From: Gekko japonicus | Taxonomy: Eukaryota | Length of the DNA stretch: 64,000 nucleotides | Direction of reading: 5' to 3' | NCBI RefSeq assembly: GCF_001447785.1 | Contig: NW_015164754.1 | Span: 104,749-168,748 of the forward strand | Part shown: positions 12,443 through 24,495 of the stretch, one piece after another | Layout of the letters: every line of letters starts with the position of its first letter | Numbering within the stretch: the stretch's first letter is position 1 | Made by a program: the position numbers and the translations under genes | Notes under the pieces: model-generated | The model's input: only the letters and a program-made list of their open reading frames with translations | Databases searched by the model: none | Told to the model about the DNA's origin: nothing

Positions 12443-13358
12443 GAACAAGATCTGAGTCCAGTAGCACCTTAAAGACCAACAACATTTCCAGGGTATAAGC
12501 TTTCGAGACTCAAAGCTTCCTACAAAGGGAGCTTATTTACACAGGTGAAGTTACGATTAGGAAGCAAGTAACAGCCAGTATATCACAGGGGTTAGAGTGT
12601 TTGACGGGGTTTTGTGAGGCCCGGATTCGGATCCTATTCTGACATGAAGTGTACTGGGTGACCATGGGTCAGTCACTTTCCCTCAGGCTCACGTCTCACA
12701 GGGGTGTTGTATGGATAAAATGGGAAGGAAGAGTTATGGTCACCACCTGAAGCTCCTTAGAATAAGAATTAATAATTATCATATGGCATTGTGTGTAGAA
12801 TAGCCAGGAGATCCTAAGATTGTCTGGTAGCCTGAAGTTCTAGCTCTTTTAGTGTTATGCACCACAAGGTGGCGAGCTGGACTTGTTTTTAAGGGAAGAG
12901 ACGTTTCAGAGGTGGTTTACCATCACCTGCCTTTGTGTCACGACCCTGGTATTCCTTGGAGGAGACCCTTCCAAATACTAGCCAAGGCTGACCCTGCTTA
13001 GCTTCCAAGATCAGATGGGATTGGGCTATCCTGGGCTATCCAGGTCAAGACAGCTCCTTAGAGGAAGGGTGGGATAAAAGTATCCTTGATAAATAGGATT
13101 ACAATGCTGCTGGAATGAGCAGAAATCTGTGCAAGGACATTTCCAGTGCAACACGAAACAAAATTATACCATCTAAGCCCACTAACTTCAAGGGATTCAG
13201 ACAGGTGTAACTCTGTTTAGGATTGCACTGTGATGGTGTGGTTAGTTCAATGGCTTACGCCTTTAATTCTCTTGGCTGCAAAGTATTTAGCCGTTTCTCT
13301 TCTACGTTCCCTATTTCTCTCCAATACTCATTATACCCATCACGTTTGCATTGCAGAG

Positions 13359-14282
13359 ATGGAATGTGAAAATCAGACTGCATTGACTGAGTTTGTCCTC
13401 ATTGGGCTTCCCTACCCGCAAGATCTAAGGGGTCCTTTATTTGTCTTCTTCCTGCTCGTCTATTTGTTGACCCTCTTAGGAAACCTTGTGATCCTGTTGG
13501 TTGTGCTGTTCAGTTCCCAACTCCACAAACCCATGTACTGGTTCCTTTGCCACTTGTCCTTCTTGGACATGACTGTCTCTTCAGTGGTGGTTCCCAAAAT
13601 CATTACTGGGTTTTTAGAGAATGGTGGAATCATCTCCTTTGGAGGCTGCATGTCCCAACTCTTCTTCTTCCACTTCCTGGGCTGTACAGAGTGCTTCCTC
13701 TACACTGTGATGGCCTACGACCGCTTCCTGGCCATCTGCAGACCACTCCACTATGCCACCATCATGAACTGTAGGGCGTGCCTCTTCCTCGCCGTGGGCA
13801 CCTGGTTTGGTGGCTGCCTTCACTCACTGATGGAGACAGCCCTTGTTTTTCGCCTGCCCTTTGGATGGAGAAACCAAGTGAACTATATCTTCTGTGATAT
13901 CCCAGCTGTGCTGAAATTGGTCTGTGCTGACACTGCGCTCAACGAGATGGTGACCATGGTTGATGTTGGCCTGGTAGCCACAACCTGCTTCTTCCTCATA
14001 TTGACTTCCTATGTGTACATTGTGTCCACTGTCCTGAAAATACGCAGCACAGAAGGGCGCCAACGGGCTTTCTCTACATGCACAGCCCATGTGACCCTAG
14101 TGGTGACTTACTATGTGCCACTCATCTTCATCTATCTGAGGCCAGGATCCCAGGGGCCATTGGATGGGATGGTGGCTGTGTTCTACACTTCTCTGACTCC
14201 ACTTCTGAATCCCATAATTTATACACTGAGGAACAAGGACATAAAAATTGCCATGATGAGACTGTCCAGTAGGACACCCTAG
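13359..14282 (+). CDS. Olfactory receptor, family 10 (OR10G6-like), intact, 307 aa
   Basis: MECENQT start just after a ttgcag acceptor-like site; GN, LHKPMY, MAYDRFLAIC, FCD, SY, RAFSTC and PLLNPIIYTLRN motifs all present. Confidence 0.96.
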   Translation: MECENQTALTEFVLIGLPYPQDLRGPLFVFFLLVYLLTLLGNLVILLVVLFSSQLHKPMYWFLCHLSFLDMTVSSVVVPKIITGFLENGGIISFGGCMSQLFFFHFLGCTECFLYTVMAYDRFLAICRPLHYATIMNCRACLFLAVGTWFGGCLHSLMETALVFRLPFGWRNQVNYIFCDIPAVLKLVCADTALNEMVTMVDVGLVATTCFFLILTSYVYIVSTVLKIRSTEGRQRAFSTCTAHVTLVVTYYVPLIFIYLRPGSQGPLDGMVAVFYTSLTPLLNPIIYTLRNKDIKIAMMRLSSRTP

Positions 14283-15231
14283 GCTAGAATGATCCTAGAT
14301 GTGTCTAATGGATTGCTTCATGCACTGGATCTGGTAATTGGCACTGAATTCCACACCCTGGGATTTCACACCCTGACTTTCTTTTGAAATGGATTGTATT
14401 GAGCATAAGAACATAAGAGAAGCCAGTGTTGGATCTGGCCAATGGCCCATCCAGTCCAACACTGTCACACAGTGGCCAAAAATACCAGGGGCCATCAGAA
14501 GTGGGGCCAGGACACTAGAAGCCCTCCCACTGTTGCCCCTCTGTTGCCCAAGCACCAAGAATACAGAGCATCACTTGCCCCAGACTGTTCCTATCTATCC
14601 CTTGAGGCTAATAGCCACTGATGGACCTCTGCTCCATAGGTTTATCCAATTCTGTCTTGAACCCATCCATGCTTGTAGCTGCCACCCCCTCCTGTGGCAG
14701 TGAATTCCATGTGTTAATCAATCTTTGAGTGAACAAGGAAATTGAGGAAATTGGTTCAAAATCGTGGCAATAATGAAATGCCAGGAGACGGAAAGGACTG
14801 AACTAAGCTTGTTTGTGTGAGGGCAGGTATCAGGGTTGACCCAGACCATCCCTCCCTTATGGTCACTATCTCTTCCCCTCCTTAAGTGCTGTGGGTGAAT
14901 TTCTGCAGCCAACAGCATTAAGAATGTAGGAATGTCCATGCAGGATCTGACCAATAGTGCATTGAGTCCAACTTTCTGTCTCAGACAGTGACCAAGCATT
15001 TGCCACGAAGGGCTACCAAACAAGGGTGAGGACTTGCCTCACGTTCTCTCCTAGCTCCTAGAACCTCTATTCAAAGGCTTACTACTACAACTGGATGTTG
15101 ATTTTCCCTTTAGTCCTCATGGCTAGTTGCCATTTGTGGACCTATTCTCCATGGGGTAGTCAGCTCCTATCTTCCAGTTCCTGTTCCTGCTAAATCACAG
15201 TTCCTGTCATTAAATCTTTCTAATTCACGCT

Positions 15232-15309
15232 CCCATGTACTGGTTCCTTTGTCACTTGTCCTCCTTGGACATGACCATCTCTCCTGTGGTGGTTCCCAAA
15301 CTAATTGCT
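15232..15309 (+). pseudogene. OR TM2 shard (PMYWFLCHLSSLDMTISPVVVPKLIA) embedded in CR1 sequence; second copy at 15893-15967
   Basis: Direct similarity to 13531-13607 of the neighbouring OR. Confidence 0.85.
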
Positions 15310-15651
15310 GACCATCACTATATCCACTGGTGGTGAATTCCACATTTTATGGGGCAACCCTAACTAAAAGTGGAGTTACACTTTTCTAAGTCCATTGAGT
15401 GAAGAAGTCCTTTCCTTGTGCTGGTCCTGAATCTATTGCCCATCCATTTTATTGGGTGTCCCTGTATTCTAATATTGTGGAAGAGGGCAACAAAGTTCTT
15501 TCTGTTCATTCTTTCTACCCCATGCATAATTCTATAACCTCTATCATGTTCCACATTAGTTATGCTTGGTCTACACTGAAAAGCCGCAGAGTCTTAGCCT
15601 TTCCTCAAAGGGAATATATTTCGAACTCAGTCACCACGGTTGTCCTTTTCT

Positions 15652-15892
15652 TTTGTTTTCTTTTTTTTTTAACAGATAATTTTTATTCATTTTTATAAAC
15701 AGCAAAGATTTACAAGGTAAGCATGAGCATAGTCAGCTCCCAGTGTCTTCATACATTTCGTACAATTTGTCGGTATTATACAGTTTGAAAATTACCATAG
15801 ATGCAGAGTGTTTATTACATCAGGTACTGTTTCTTTGGTAGATAGATGTACTAGTATGGGGTACCATATACATACAATGTCATTCTGACCAC
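15652..15892 (-). mobile_element. Poly(A)-tailed LINE (L1/Tx1-like) 3' end
   Basis: Poly-T tract followed by TTTTATT-type sequence, flanked by an about 410-bp direct repeat. Confidence 0.6.
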
Positions 15893-16356
15893 TGTACTGG
15901 TTCCTTTGTCACTTGTCCTCCTTGGACATGACCATCTCTCCTGTGGTGGTTCCCAAACTAATTGCTGACCATCACTATATCCACTGGTGGTGAATTCCAC
16001 ATTTTATGGGGCAACCCTAACTAAAAGTGGAGTTACACTTTTCTAAGTCCATTGAGTGAAGAAGTCCTTTCCTTGTGCTGGTCCTGAATCTATTGCCCAT
16101 CCATTTTATTGGGTGTTCCCTGTATGGAAGAGGGCAACAAAGTTCTTTCTGTTCATTCTTTCTACCCCATGCATAATTCTATAACCTCTATCATGTTCCA
16201 CATTAGTCATGTTCTGTCTACACTGAACAGCCCCAGAGTCTTAGCCTTTCCTCAAAGGGAATATATTTCGAACTCAGTCACCACGGCTGTCCTTTTCTAA
16301 ATGTTTCCCAGCTCTGCAATAGCCTTTTGGAGGAATGATGATCAGAACTATACAGA

Positions 16357-16861
16357 AAACAGAAACAGAAAACCTTTATTTGGCATACCATAGATAAATC
16401 AAACAAGGGAGAGTTTAAGGGTAGGTGCAAAGAACAACATCAACCAAAATTCCCAATATCTCAAAACACTAAACCATCCTAACATGGTTTACGAGATTTA
16501 CAGAGTATTACTCTTGACTTCCATACAGATAGTGTTGTTGCTGGACTCTTGTCTGCTAGGAAAAAAGTAAAATCCCTATCCAGAAAATCTCTCTGCATAG
16601 GGAAGAGAGGACAAATCAAGATATTGCACATAACGGAATATTTAGGACAGCGAAAAAGAATGTGGGTAACAGAATCGGGTATCCCAAGATTACAGTTGCA
16701 GAGTCTGTCCTTATACGGGACACCCCTGTATCTACCTGAGACCACTACTGAAGGGAAAAGGTTGAACCTTGCAAGCATAAAAACCCTCCTAAAAACTGGG
16801 ATTGTCAGATTAGCGATATACGGTACCATGGATGTATGTAGGGGAAGGAGGGCTACCCCTC
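16357..16861 (-). mobile_element. Non-LTR retrotransposon 3' end with CCHC zinc finger
   Basis: ARFNLFPSVVVSGRYRGVPYKDRLCNC...DSVTHILFRCPKY; AATAAA plus (TTTCTG)n tail; flanked by CAGAACTATA repeats. Confidence 0.8.
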
Positions 16862-17196
16862 CAGAACTATACACAGATTCAGGAGGGTGGCCATGTTGTT
16901 CTGAAGCAGTAGAACAAAATTTGAGTCCAGCGGCACCTTTAAAGACCAACAAAGGTTCATTCAAGCTGTGAGCTTTCGTGTGCAAGCACACTTCCTCAGA
17001 TACAGTGAACAGAACTATACACAGTATTGCACAGTATTCCAAATGAAGATCTATACAAGGGCATTACAATATTGGCCGTTTTATTTTCAGTCCCCCAGAA
17101 TGTAGTTTGGATGTCACTAAGGTGAAATTTTAATTTTCCATTCCAACCCAAATCACTTTCATTCTCAGTTAGCACCAGATCAGATGCCATCAGCAT

Positions 17197-17590
17197 CAGG
17201 GGTCATTTCGTAGAAAAAGAGGTGCTCATTAGCACAACTCATTAGCATAACTTATTTGCATATGCCACACCCCCTGACATCACCGGAAGTGTGTCAGAAG
17301 GCAACACTCACCGCTCAGGCTCCACTGGACTGTTTTCGATTGCTAGCTATTTGCAGATCTGTCCTTGCAGGGGAGGAAGAGCTCATACCTGAATAAAACT
17401 TGGTCTTAAAGGTGCCACCGGACTGTTTTGGATGGGGGGCGGGGGGGGGCTCTGCAGCTTTCCTGGCTGCTTCTTGCTCTGACTGAGGGCTGCTGGGAGC
17501 AGGGGGTGGGGCTTGTTGCCTGTGCCCGCCCCCTGGGCTCTTTACTGCCGGAGCTCCGCTCCTGTGCGCTCCTGCAGGAAATGACCCCTG
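17197..17590. mobile_element. hAT MITE family B
   Basis: TIR CAGGGGTCATTTC; perfect 8-bp TSD ATCAGCAT. Confidence 0.93.
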
Positions 17591-18184
17591 ATCAGCATAC
17601 ATTTAAAGTTAGGATTCTTTTGTTGTGTTCCAGTGTGTATCACTTTCCACTTTCCGACACTGAACTGCATTTGTCAAGTTGTTTCCCACTCACCCAATTT
17701 AAAGAGCTCTCCACAATCCACCTTAGATTTCACCATTCTGGATGATCAAGTATCACATGCCAACTTGGCCACAATGCTTGTTGCGGTGGAAAGGGCTGTC
17801 AGATCACAGCCGACTGAGGCAACCTTGTAGGGTTTTCAAGGCGAGAGACAGAGTTGGTTTGCCATGGCCTGCCTCTGCACCGCAACCCTGGGCTTCCTGG
17901 GCGGTCTCCCACCCAAGTGCTAACCAAGGCTGACCCTGCTTAGCTTCTGAGACCTGTTGAGATCAGTCTAGCCTGTACTACTCTACTGCTCAGCCTCCGC
18001 TCCAGATCATGAATGAGCATATTAAATAGCAACAGTGTAAAGCCCTTTTCAGTCATTATGATTTTGGCACTCCTGACAAATGTAACCAGGAAAGTATGCT
18101 ACGTATGATCATTTCAATATGTACCTTCACTGTTCTGCACAGATAGAGCAATAGTTCACATGGAGAAGTTGCCATGCTGAAGAC

Positions 18185-18699
18185 ACGGATGATAGGTGGA
18201 TTTTCTGGGCGCGATCACACCGCAACATCTGGGAAGCGTAGTGCACCCGTGGCTAACCCGTGGCTTGTTGCCGAAGATGCGGAGTAAAAAACCACCACAT
18301 AGGATGTACTAGTTTCCAGAAAATGCGGGGCAAGGGCAGGTGTCTGATCGCGTTTCTGCTGGAATCCCGTGGCATCTGGCGCCCGCCCATGTCCCGTTGC
18401 AAACCGGGTGTTGTTTTTTTAAAAGTCTCCACAGGATGTGCACAAACGCCCACCTGTACATGCGCACACTGTGGTGAGGGGGAAAAATTCCAATTTGCTA
18501 CGGAAGCGGCACCTAGCGATTGCCAGTGTGATCGCGCCACGCCACTTTGCCACGCTGCAGGATAGCCGTGTGATCGGCACCTAAGGGCATACCCACGGGA
18601 CCTCCACGGGACATGTGATCGGGCTGCCGCTCGTTACTTTGCTCCGGGGCAAACAGCCACACTTCCCCCTCGCATTTTCCGGCCCATGTGACTGGGGCC
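18185..18699. mobile_element. PIF/Harbinger-like MITE (family of 40856 and 52434)
   Basis: CpG-rich internal sequence shared with 52434-52943; ends ATGTGACTGGGGCC. Confidence 0.7.
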
Positions 18700-18953
18700 A
18701 TAGGTTGTTTTCCAGCTGTGGTATGCATGAACATATACCTTTAAAATAACTGTGTTTCAGATTGAATATACCAAAGTTCTCTTTGTTTACCTCAGAAGGA
18801 AGGAAGGAGGGTTTAAATGGGGAGGGGGAGCAGTGTCTCAGCTATAGATACCTTGACCTGTGAGGTAAGCAATCAATTTAAGGGAACCACAGTCTTCTGA
18901 GAAGTGTGTTTACTGCTGTGACTGAATGAAAAGAGTTCAGAAATCTGAAAGTC

Positions 18954-19735
18954 ACATAAGAACATAAAAAGAGCCGTGCTCGATCAAACCAGCAGTTCAT
19001 CTAGTCCAGCATCCAGTCCCACACAGTGGCCAACCAGTTCTTCTGGAGGGCCAGCAACAGGGCACAGAGGCTGAGGTCTTCATAAGAGCATCAGAAGAGT
19101 CTTGCTGGATCAGACCAGTGGTCCATCTAGTCCAGCATCTTGTCTCACACAGGGGCCAACCAGTTCCTCTGAAGGGCCAACTATAGGGCATATAGGCTGA
19201 GACCTGCCCTGGGGTTTTCTCCTGGTATTCAGAAGTGTAGTACCTCAGAATGTGGAGGTTCCCTTCAGTCACTGTCGCCATAATGATAGACCTCTCCTCC
19301 ATGAATCTGTCTCACCCCCTTTTAAAGCTGTTTATTTCTGTGGCCATCATGAAATCCTCTTGCAGCGAATTCCACATTTCAGTCACTCTCTGTGTAAAGC
19401 AGTCTTTCCTCTTGTCCATTCTGAACCTACTTCCCAACAGTTTCATTGCGTGCCTTCATGTTCTACTATTTTGGGAAAGGGAGAAGAAGTTCACTTTGCC
19501 AACACTCTCTACCTTGTGCTTAGTTCTGTAAAGTTCTATCCTATCCCCTCTTAGTTATCTCTTTTCTAAACTGAAAAGCCCCAGACTCTTTAGCAATTCC
19601 TCAGAGAGAAGGTGCTCTAACCATCTAATCATCATGGTCGCTCGCCTCTGTACTTTATTCCAGCTCTGCAATGTCTTTTTTGAGATGCGGTGACCAGAAC
19701 TGTACACAGTATTCCAAATGAGGCTACACCCTAGA
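18954..19735 (-). mobile_element. CR1 LINE 3' region (second subfamily, duplicated 3' tip)
   Basis: Antisense ORF2 ...[33 protein letters not shown] plus ACATAAGA tail. Confidence 0.85.
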
Positions 19736-20379
19736 TCTATATATCTATAGAGNNNNNNNNNNNNNNNNNNNNNNNNNNNNNNNNNNNNNNNNNNNNNNNN
19801 NNNNNNNNNNNNNNNNNNNNNNNNNNNNNNNNNNNNNNNNNNNNNNNNNNNNNNNNNNNNNNNNNNNNNNNNNNNNNNNNNNNNNNNNNNNNNNNNNNNN
19901 NNNNNNNNNNNNNNNNNNNNNNNNNNNNNNNNNNNNNNNNNNNNNNNNNNNNNNNNNNNNNNNNNNNNNNNNNNNNNNNNNNNNNNNNNNNNNNNNNNNN
20001 NNNNNNNNNNNNNNNNNNNNNNNNNNNNNNNNNNNNNNNNNNNNNNNNNNNNNNNNNNNNNNNNNNNNNNNNNNNNNNNNNNNNNNNNNNNNNNNNNNNN
20101 NNNNNNNNNNNNNNNNNNNNNNNNNNNNNNNNNNNNNNNNNNNNNNNNNNNNNNNNNNNNNNNNNNNNNNNNNNNNNNNNNNNNNNNNNNNNNNNNNNNN
20201 NNNNNNNNNNNNNNNNNNNNNNNNNNNNNNNNNNNNNNNNNNNNNNNNNNNNNNNNNNNNNNNNNNNNNNNNNNNNNNNNNNNNNNNNNNNNNNNNNNNN
20301 NNNNNNNNNNNNNNNNNNNNNNNNNNNNNNNNNNNNNNNNNNNNNNNNNACCTTTACCTAAGTGCCATTGAGTTGTAAC

Positions 20380-20585
20380 CAATGTTCCCTCTATGCTGTA
20401 GAGTCTTGTGAGCAAAAATTCTACTATGTGAGCCACTGGCGTTAAAGTTGGGAGCAAGCAATCTGGCTGCTGCATCAATTAGTTTGCTCTGGAGCCATCC
20501 TTCCTGAGCTAAGACAAAAATGTGTGAGCTGGAGGCTAAAAAACTGTGAGCTAGCTCACACTCACTCATCTTAGAGGGAACACTG
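20380..20585. mobile_element. hAT MITE family A
   Basis: Same TIRs; TSD GTTGTAAC. Confidence 0.92.
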
Positions 20586-21074
20586 GTTGTAACTGACATA
20601 CAGGGACCCCAGCAAGGGGCTTTCAAGGCAAGTGAGAAGCAGAGGTGGTTTGCCACATACTTGGAAAATTATGAGTGCATTGCTATTAGCCATCAGGAAA
20701 ACAAAAAAGTGTTGCCACGTTAAGACTCCTCACATTACACGTATACCTCTTATTTCGAAATTATGTAAGCATATGATACTTTGATTTTGTTACGTGATGT
20801 CCAATACTGTATTATGATAATTGCTAGAAATAAAAAATGCATATATTCTTACATACAGATTAAAGTTTGCACTTATGAGATAGTCAGACAGCAAAATCAG
20901 TAATAGCTATATCACTGTTGACAGTGATTTCCTGAATCTTGTATCTCTAGATGGCATCTTTGGATTTGGCAGCCTGGGTAAACTGGATCCTGGCCACTTA
21001 CAGTGCTGCTCTCTTTTTCTTTTTCTAATTAGTTTTTTTGTATTGTTGTTCTAAAACATATGAGTATGAAGGAA

Positions 21075-21262
21075 GGAGCCAGTTTGGTATAGTGGTGTAG
21101 TGGTTAAGTGTGCGGACTCTAATCTGGGAGAACCGGGTTTGATTCCCTGCTCCTCCACTTGCAGCTGCTGGATGACCTTGGGCAAGCTGTAGTTCTGTCA
21201 GAGCTGCTCTCTCAAGGACAGCTTTGGACTCACAGGGTGTCTGTTGTGGGGAGGGGAAGAGA
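21075..21262 (+). mobile_element. tRNA-derived MIR/Squam3-like SINE; family copies at 28517-28672 (+), 29845-30135 (-), 52067-52350 (-), 59818-59891 (+), 61201-61480 (-)
   Basis: A box TGGTGTAGTGG, B box GGTTTGATTCC, core CTCACAGGGTGTCTGTTGTGGG, (CTT)n tails in fuller copies. Confidence 0.8.
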
Positions 21263-22274
21263 ACTGTAACTTCCTAAGCAAAAAGAGCCTGTCTTATATT
21301 TTAACGTCTGATAGGGCATGTATAGAGAAAGGGACAGAGGATTTGCATTTTACTGATTTCTTTTGGCATCCCTTGCTCAGACTGGTGCTGTGCTAAAAGT
21401 ATGCTTTGAACAATTTCTTTTTAATAAATACTTTAAACTTTTGATGCTGGCAGTGGCTCTATGTACCACATTCATCTCCACCTTCTTGGACATGCTATTT
21501 TAAAAGGAGCACCAGGGAGAAGGCAGGCAGTTGGCCAGTGGCCATTCCTCCAGGGGCGCACAAGGCAGTAAATGGTCCCCATGTTGAACAGGTGCCAGGC
21601 AGCAGGAGACACAGCGGCAAGGCCTCAGAATGTGGAAGGGAAGCAGAGTAGCAGTGGGCAATTCCTACAAAGGGCAGGTGGTGGCAGCAGGTTACCCAAG
21701 AGAGAAGGAAAAGCCTCTCCAAGTGTTGGGAAACCTTGGAGGGCAGGGTGGATTCAGGCCTGCAGGCTAGAGCAGGCCTGTTCCACCACAAAAGCCATGC
21801 TTTAGACAATCAAAATGTTTGCGACAGAGTTCCAAAGTATGGGGACTGTAGACGAGAAGGCCCTTCTGCATGTATCCCCCAACCTCACTTCATTTGATTG
21901 TACACTCGCAGTCCCTCAGTTATGAGACACAATCAACCAAAAACAGCCTTTAGGAATCACTGCAAGGGTTACCAACTCTGGGATGGGAAATTCCTGGATA
22001 TTTTGGGGGGTGGTGCCAGGGGATGGGCAGGGTTTGGGGAGAAGAGGGACCTCAGCTGGTTATGATGCCACAGCGCCCAACCTCCAAAGCAGCCATTTTC
22101 TCCAAGGAATCGTTACATTTAAAGGGATTTAGTTGCAACCAGTCTGCACTGGGTGAGTGCAGGCATAGGAACATTCAGCATTCAGTCCTTTAAAGTACAC
22201 TTGACTGACAAGAAACTTGAACCTGAGTCTTGCTTGCCCACCACCAACACTCTAGCAATAGCAAAAACATTAAC

Positions 22275-23270
22275 CTAATGGGTTATTGTCTGTGAAACTC
22301 TCTTTTCCCCAGTCAGTCTAGTCAAAGCTGCTTTCACTTCCTTGTTCCATAGGGTGTAGATGACTGGGTTGAGCATTGGTGTCACCACATTGCCAAAGAT
22401 CTGCACCGGGGTCACCAGAATCTCACTTAGTGATGGCTGAGTGTAGATCAGAGCACAGGGGCCAAAGAAGAGGGTTACTACAGTTAAGTGTGAGGCACAG
22501 GTGGACGCTGCCTTGCGCCGACCCTCCCCAGAGCTCATCCTCAGGACAGAATAGACAATGCGGACATAGGAGGTGAGGATAAGAAGGAAGCAAGTCATGG
22601 GCACCAGGCCGATGTTGGTGAAGCTCACTGTCTCAATAAGGACCGTGTTGGCACAAGCCAACTTGACTACTGGGAAGATATCGCAGAAGAAGTAGTCCAC
22701 TTCATTGGGCCCGCAGTAGGGTAGTGAGAAAGTCAAGGTGGTGAGAATAGTGGCATGGAAGGAGCTGGTGAGCCACGTGCCAGCAGCCAAGATGGCGCAC
22801 ACCTTCCAGTTCATGATGATGAGATACCGCAGTGGGTGGCAGATGGCAACATACCTGTCATAGGCCATGACGGTGTACAGGAGACATTCTGTGCTTCCTA
22901 GGAAGTGGTAGAAGAAGACCTGGGACATGCATCCCCCTAATGAAATCACTCTGCTTTGTGCCCAGAGGTTAGCCAACATCTTGGGGGTGCTCACGGAAGA
23001 GAAGCCAATGTCCAGGATGGAGAGGTTGCAGAGGAAGAAGTACATGGGAGTGTGGAGACGGGAGTCGGTGAAGATGGCGGTCATGATCAGCAAGTTCCCC
23101 AGCAACGTGCACATATAGAAGATTAAGAATATAATGAACAGGATGTTCTGGAGGCCTTCGGTGTGGGGGATGCCAAGGAGGATGAAATGGGTCACCACTG
23201 TGAAGTTCTCTCCATGGGCCCGATTCCTGTACGCAAACAGAAAATAACATGTGGTGAATGAATACTTCAT
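22275..23270 (-). CDS. Olfactory receptor, OR10D-like; full 7TM frame open but start uncertain (possible pseudogene)
   Basis: NFTVVTHFILLGIPHTEG, LHTPMYFFL, MAYDRYVAIC, LPYCGPN, KAASTC, PMLNPVIYTLWNKE. The Kozak-like ccATGG at about 23213-23215 is out of frame; the nearest in-frame ATG is at 23270. Confidence 0.8.
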   Translation of the reverse strand: MKYSFTTCYFLFAYRNRAHGENFTVVTHFILLGIPHTEGLQNILFIIFLIFYMCTLLGNLLIMTAIFTDSRLHTPMYFFLCNLSILDIGFSSVSTPKMLANLWAQSRVISLGGCMSQVFFYHFLGSTECLLYTVMAYDRYVAICHPLRYLIIMNWKVCAILAAGTWLTSSFHATILTTLTFSLPYCGPNEVDYFFCDIFPVVKLACANTVLIETVSFTNIGLVPMTCFLLILTSYVRIVYSVLRMSSGEGRRKAASTCASHLTVVTLFFGPCALIYTQPSLSEILVTPVQIFGNVVTPMLNPVIYTLWNKEVKAALTRLTGEKRVSQTITH

Positions 23271-24292
23271 TGGATACAAAGGTTCCCCTCCTCAAATAGT
23301 TGGAGTACCCCAAGCTTCACAAAGTATAGATAGGAACTCTCGGTTTGGGGCATGTGATGCTCTGTATTCTTGGTGCTTGGGGGGGGGCAACAGTGGGAGG
23401 ACTTCTAGTGTCCTGGCCCCACTGGTGGACCTCCTGATGGCACCTGGTATTTTTGACCACTGTGTGACACAGAGTGTTGGACTGAATGGGCCATTGGCCT
23501 GATCCAACATTGGCTTCTCTTATGTTCTTATGGATGGCTCAGACTAGCCAGAGCTTGGGAGCTAAGCAGGGCATGCCACGCTCAGTACTTGGATGGGAGA
23601 CCACCAAGGCAGTCTGGGGTTGCTACAGAGAAGCAGGCAATGGCAAACCACTCTGATTATCTCTTGCCTTGAACGCCCTTCAGGGGTTGCAATAAGTCAG
23701 CTGTGAGTTGATGGCAGACCTTCCATACACCGCCATTAATGTGCAAAGGTACCAAATCTGAACATGCTGAGAGACAGAAATCCTTGATGTCCTTTTTCGG
23801 TCCAAGCAATAGAGACAGAGGACCAAATTAACGAGTCACATTTTTAGATCTGAAAATAAAGATTTTGTTAAAAGGATGCAATTCAGCCAAAGGCAGGTAT
23901 TCTTAATTCCTGGTGATTTCACTGGGGCAAGTGTCACTGTGTGTATATAGGGGCTCTGGGGCAAGTGATCTTCTGTCTTCTTGGTGCTTGGGGGGGGGAT
24001 CAACAGTGGGAGGGCTTCTAATGTCCTGGTCCCACTGGTGGACCTCCTGATAGCACCTGGTGTTTTTGGCCGCTGTGTGACACAGAGTGTTGGACTGGAT
24101 GGGCCATTGGCCTGATCCAACATTGGCTTCTCTTATGTTCTTATGTCTGGGGCAAGTGATGCTCTGTCTTCTTGGTGCTTGGAGGGGGTCAACAGTGGGA
24201 GGGCTTCTAATGTCCTGGCCCCACTGGTGGACTTCCTGATGGCACCTGGTATTTCTGGCCAGTGTGTGACACAGAGTGTTGGACTGGATGGG

Positions 24293-24495
24293 CTGTCAAG
24301 TGGCTTCCAACTTACAATGACCCTATGAATGAATGTCCTCCAAAATGTCCTCTTGTTAACAGCCCTGCTCAGGTCTTCCAAACTGTGGGCCTTTGTGGCT
24401 TCCTTGAGGGAGTCAATCCATATCAGGTTGGTTCCTCCTCTTTTTCTTCTGCCTTTAACTTTTCCTAGCGTTATTGTCTTTTCCGGTGAGTTTTG
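24293..24495 (-). mobile_element. RTE/BovB-like LINE 3' fragment; tail fragments also at 6-62 and 9586-9675
   Basis: Antisense EKTITLGKVKGRRKRG...WIDSLKEAT...LEDLSRAVNKRTFWRTFIHRV. Confidence 0.8.

Noticed and set aside
19555-20478. Long ORFs spanning N runs (also near 5348, 33758, 37825, 47734)
   Set aside because: Artefacts of assembly gaps.
23560-23610. 5S rRNA gene
   Set aside because: Partial and diverged; it is the head of a 5S-derived SINE.
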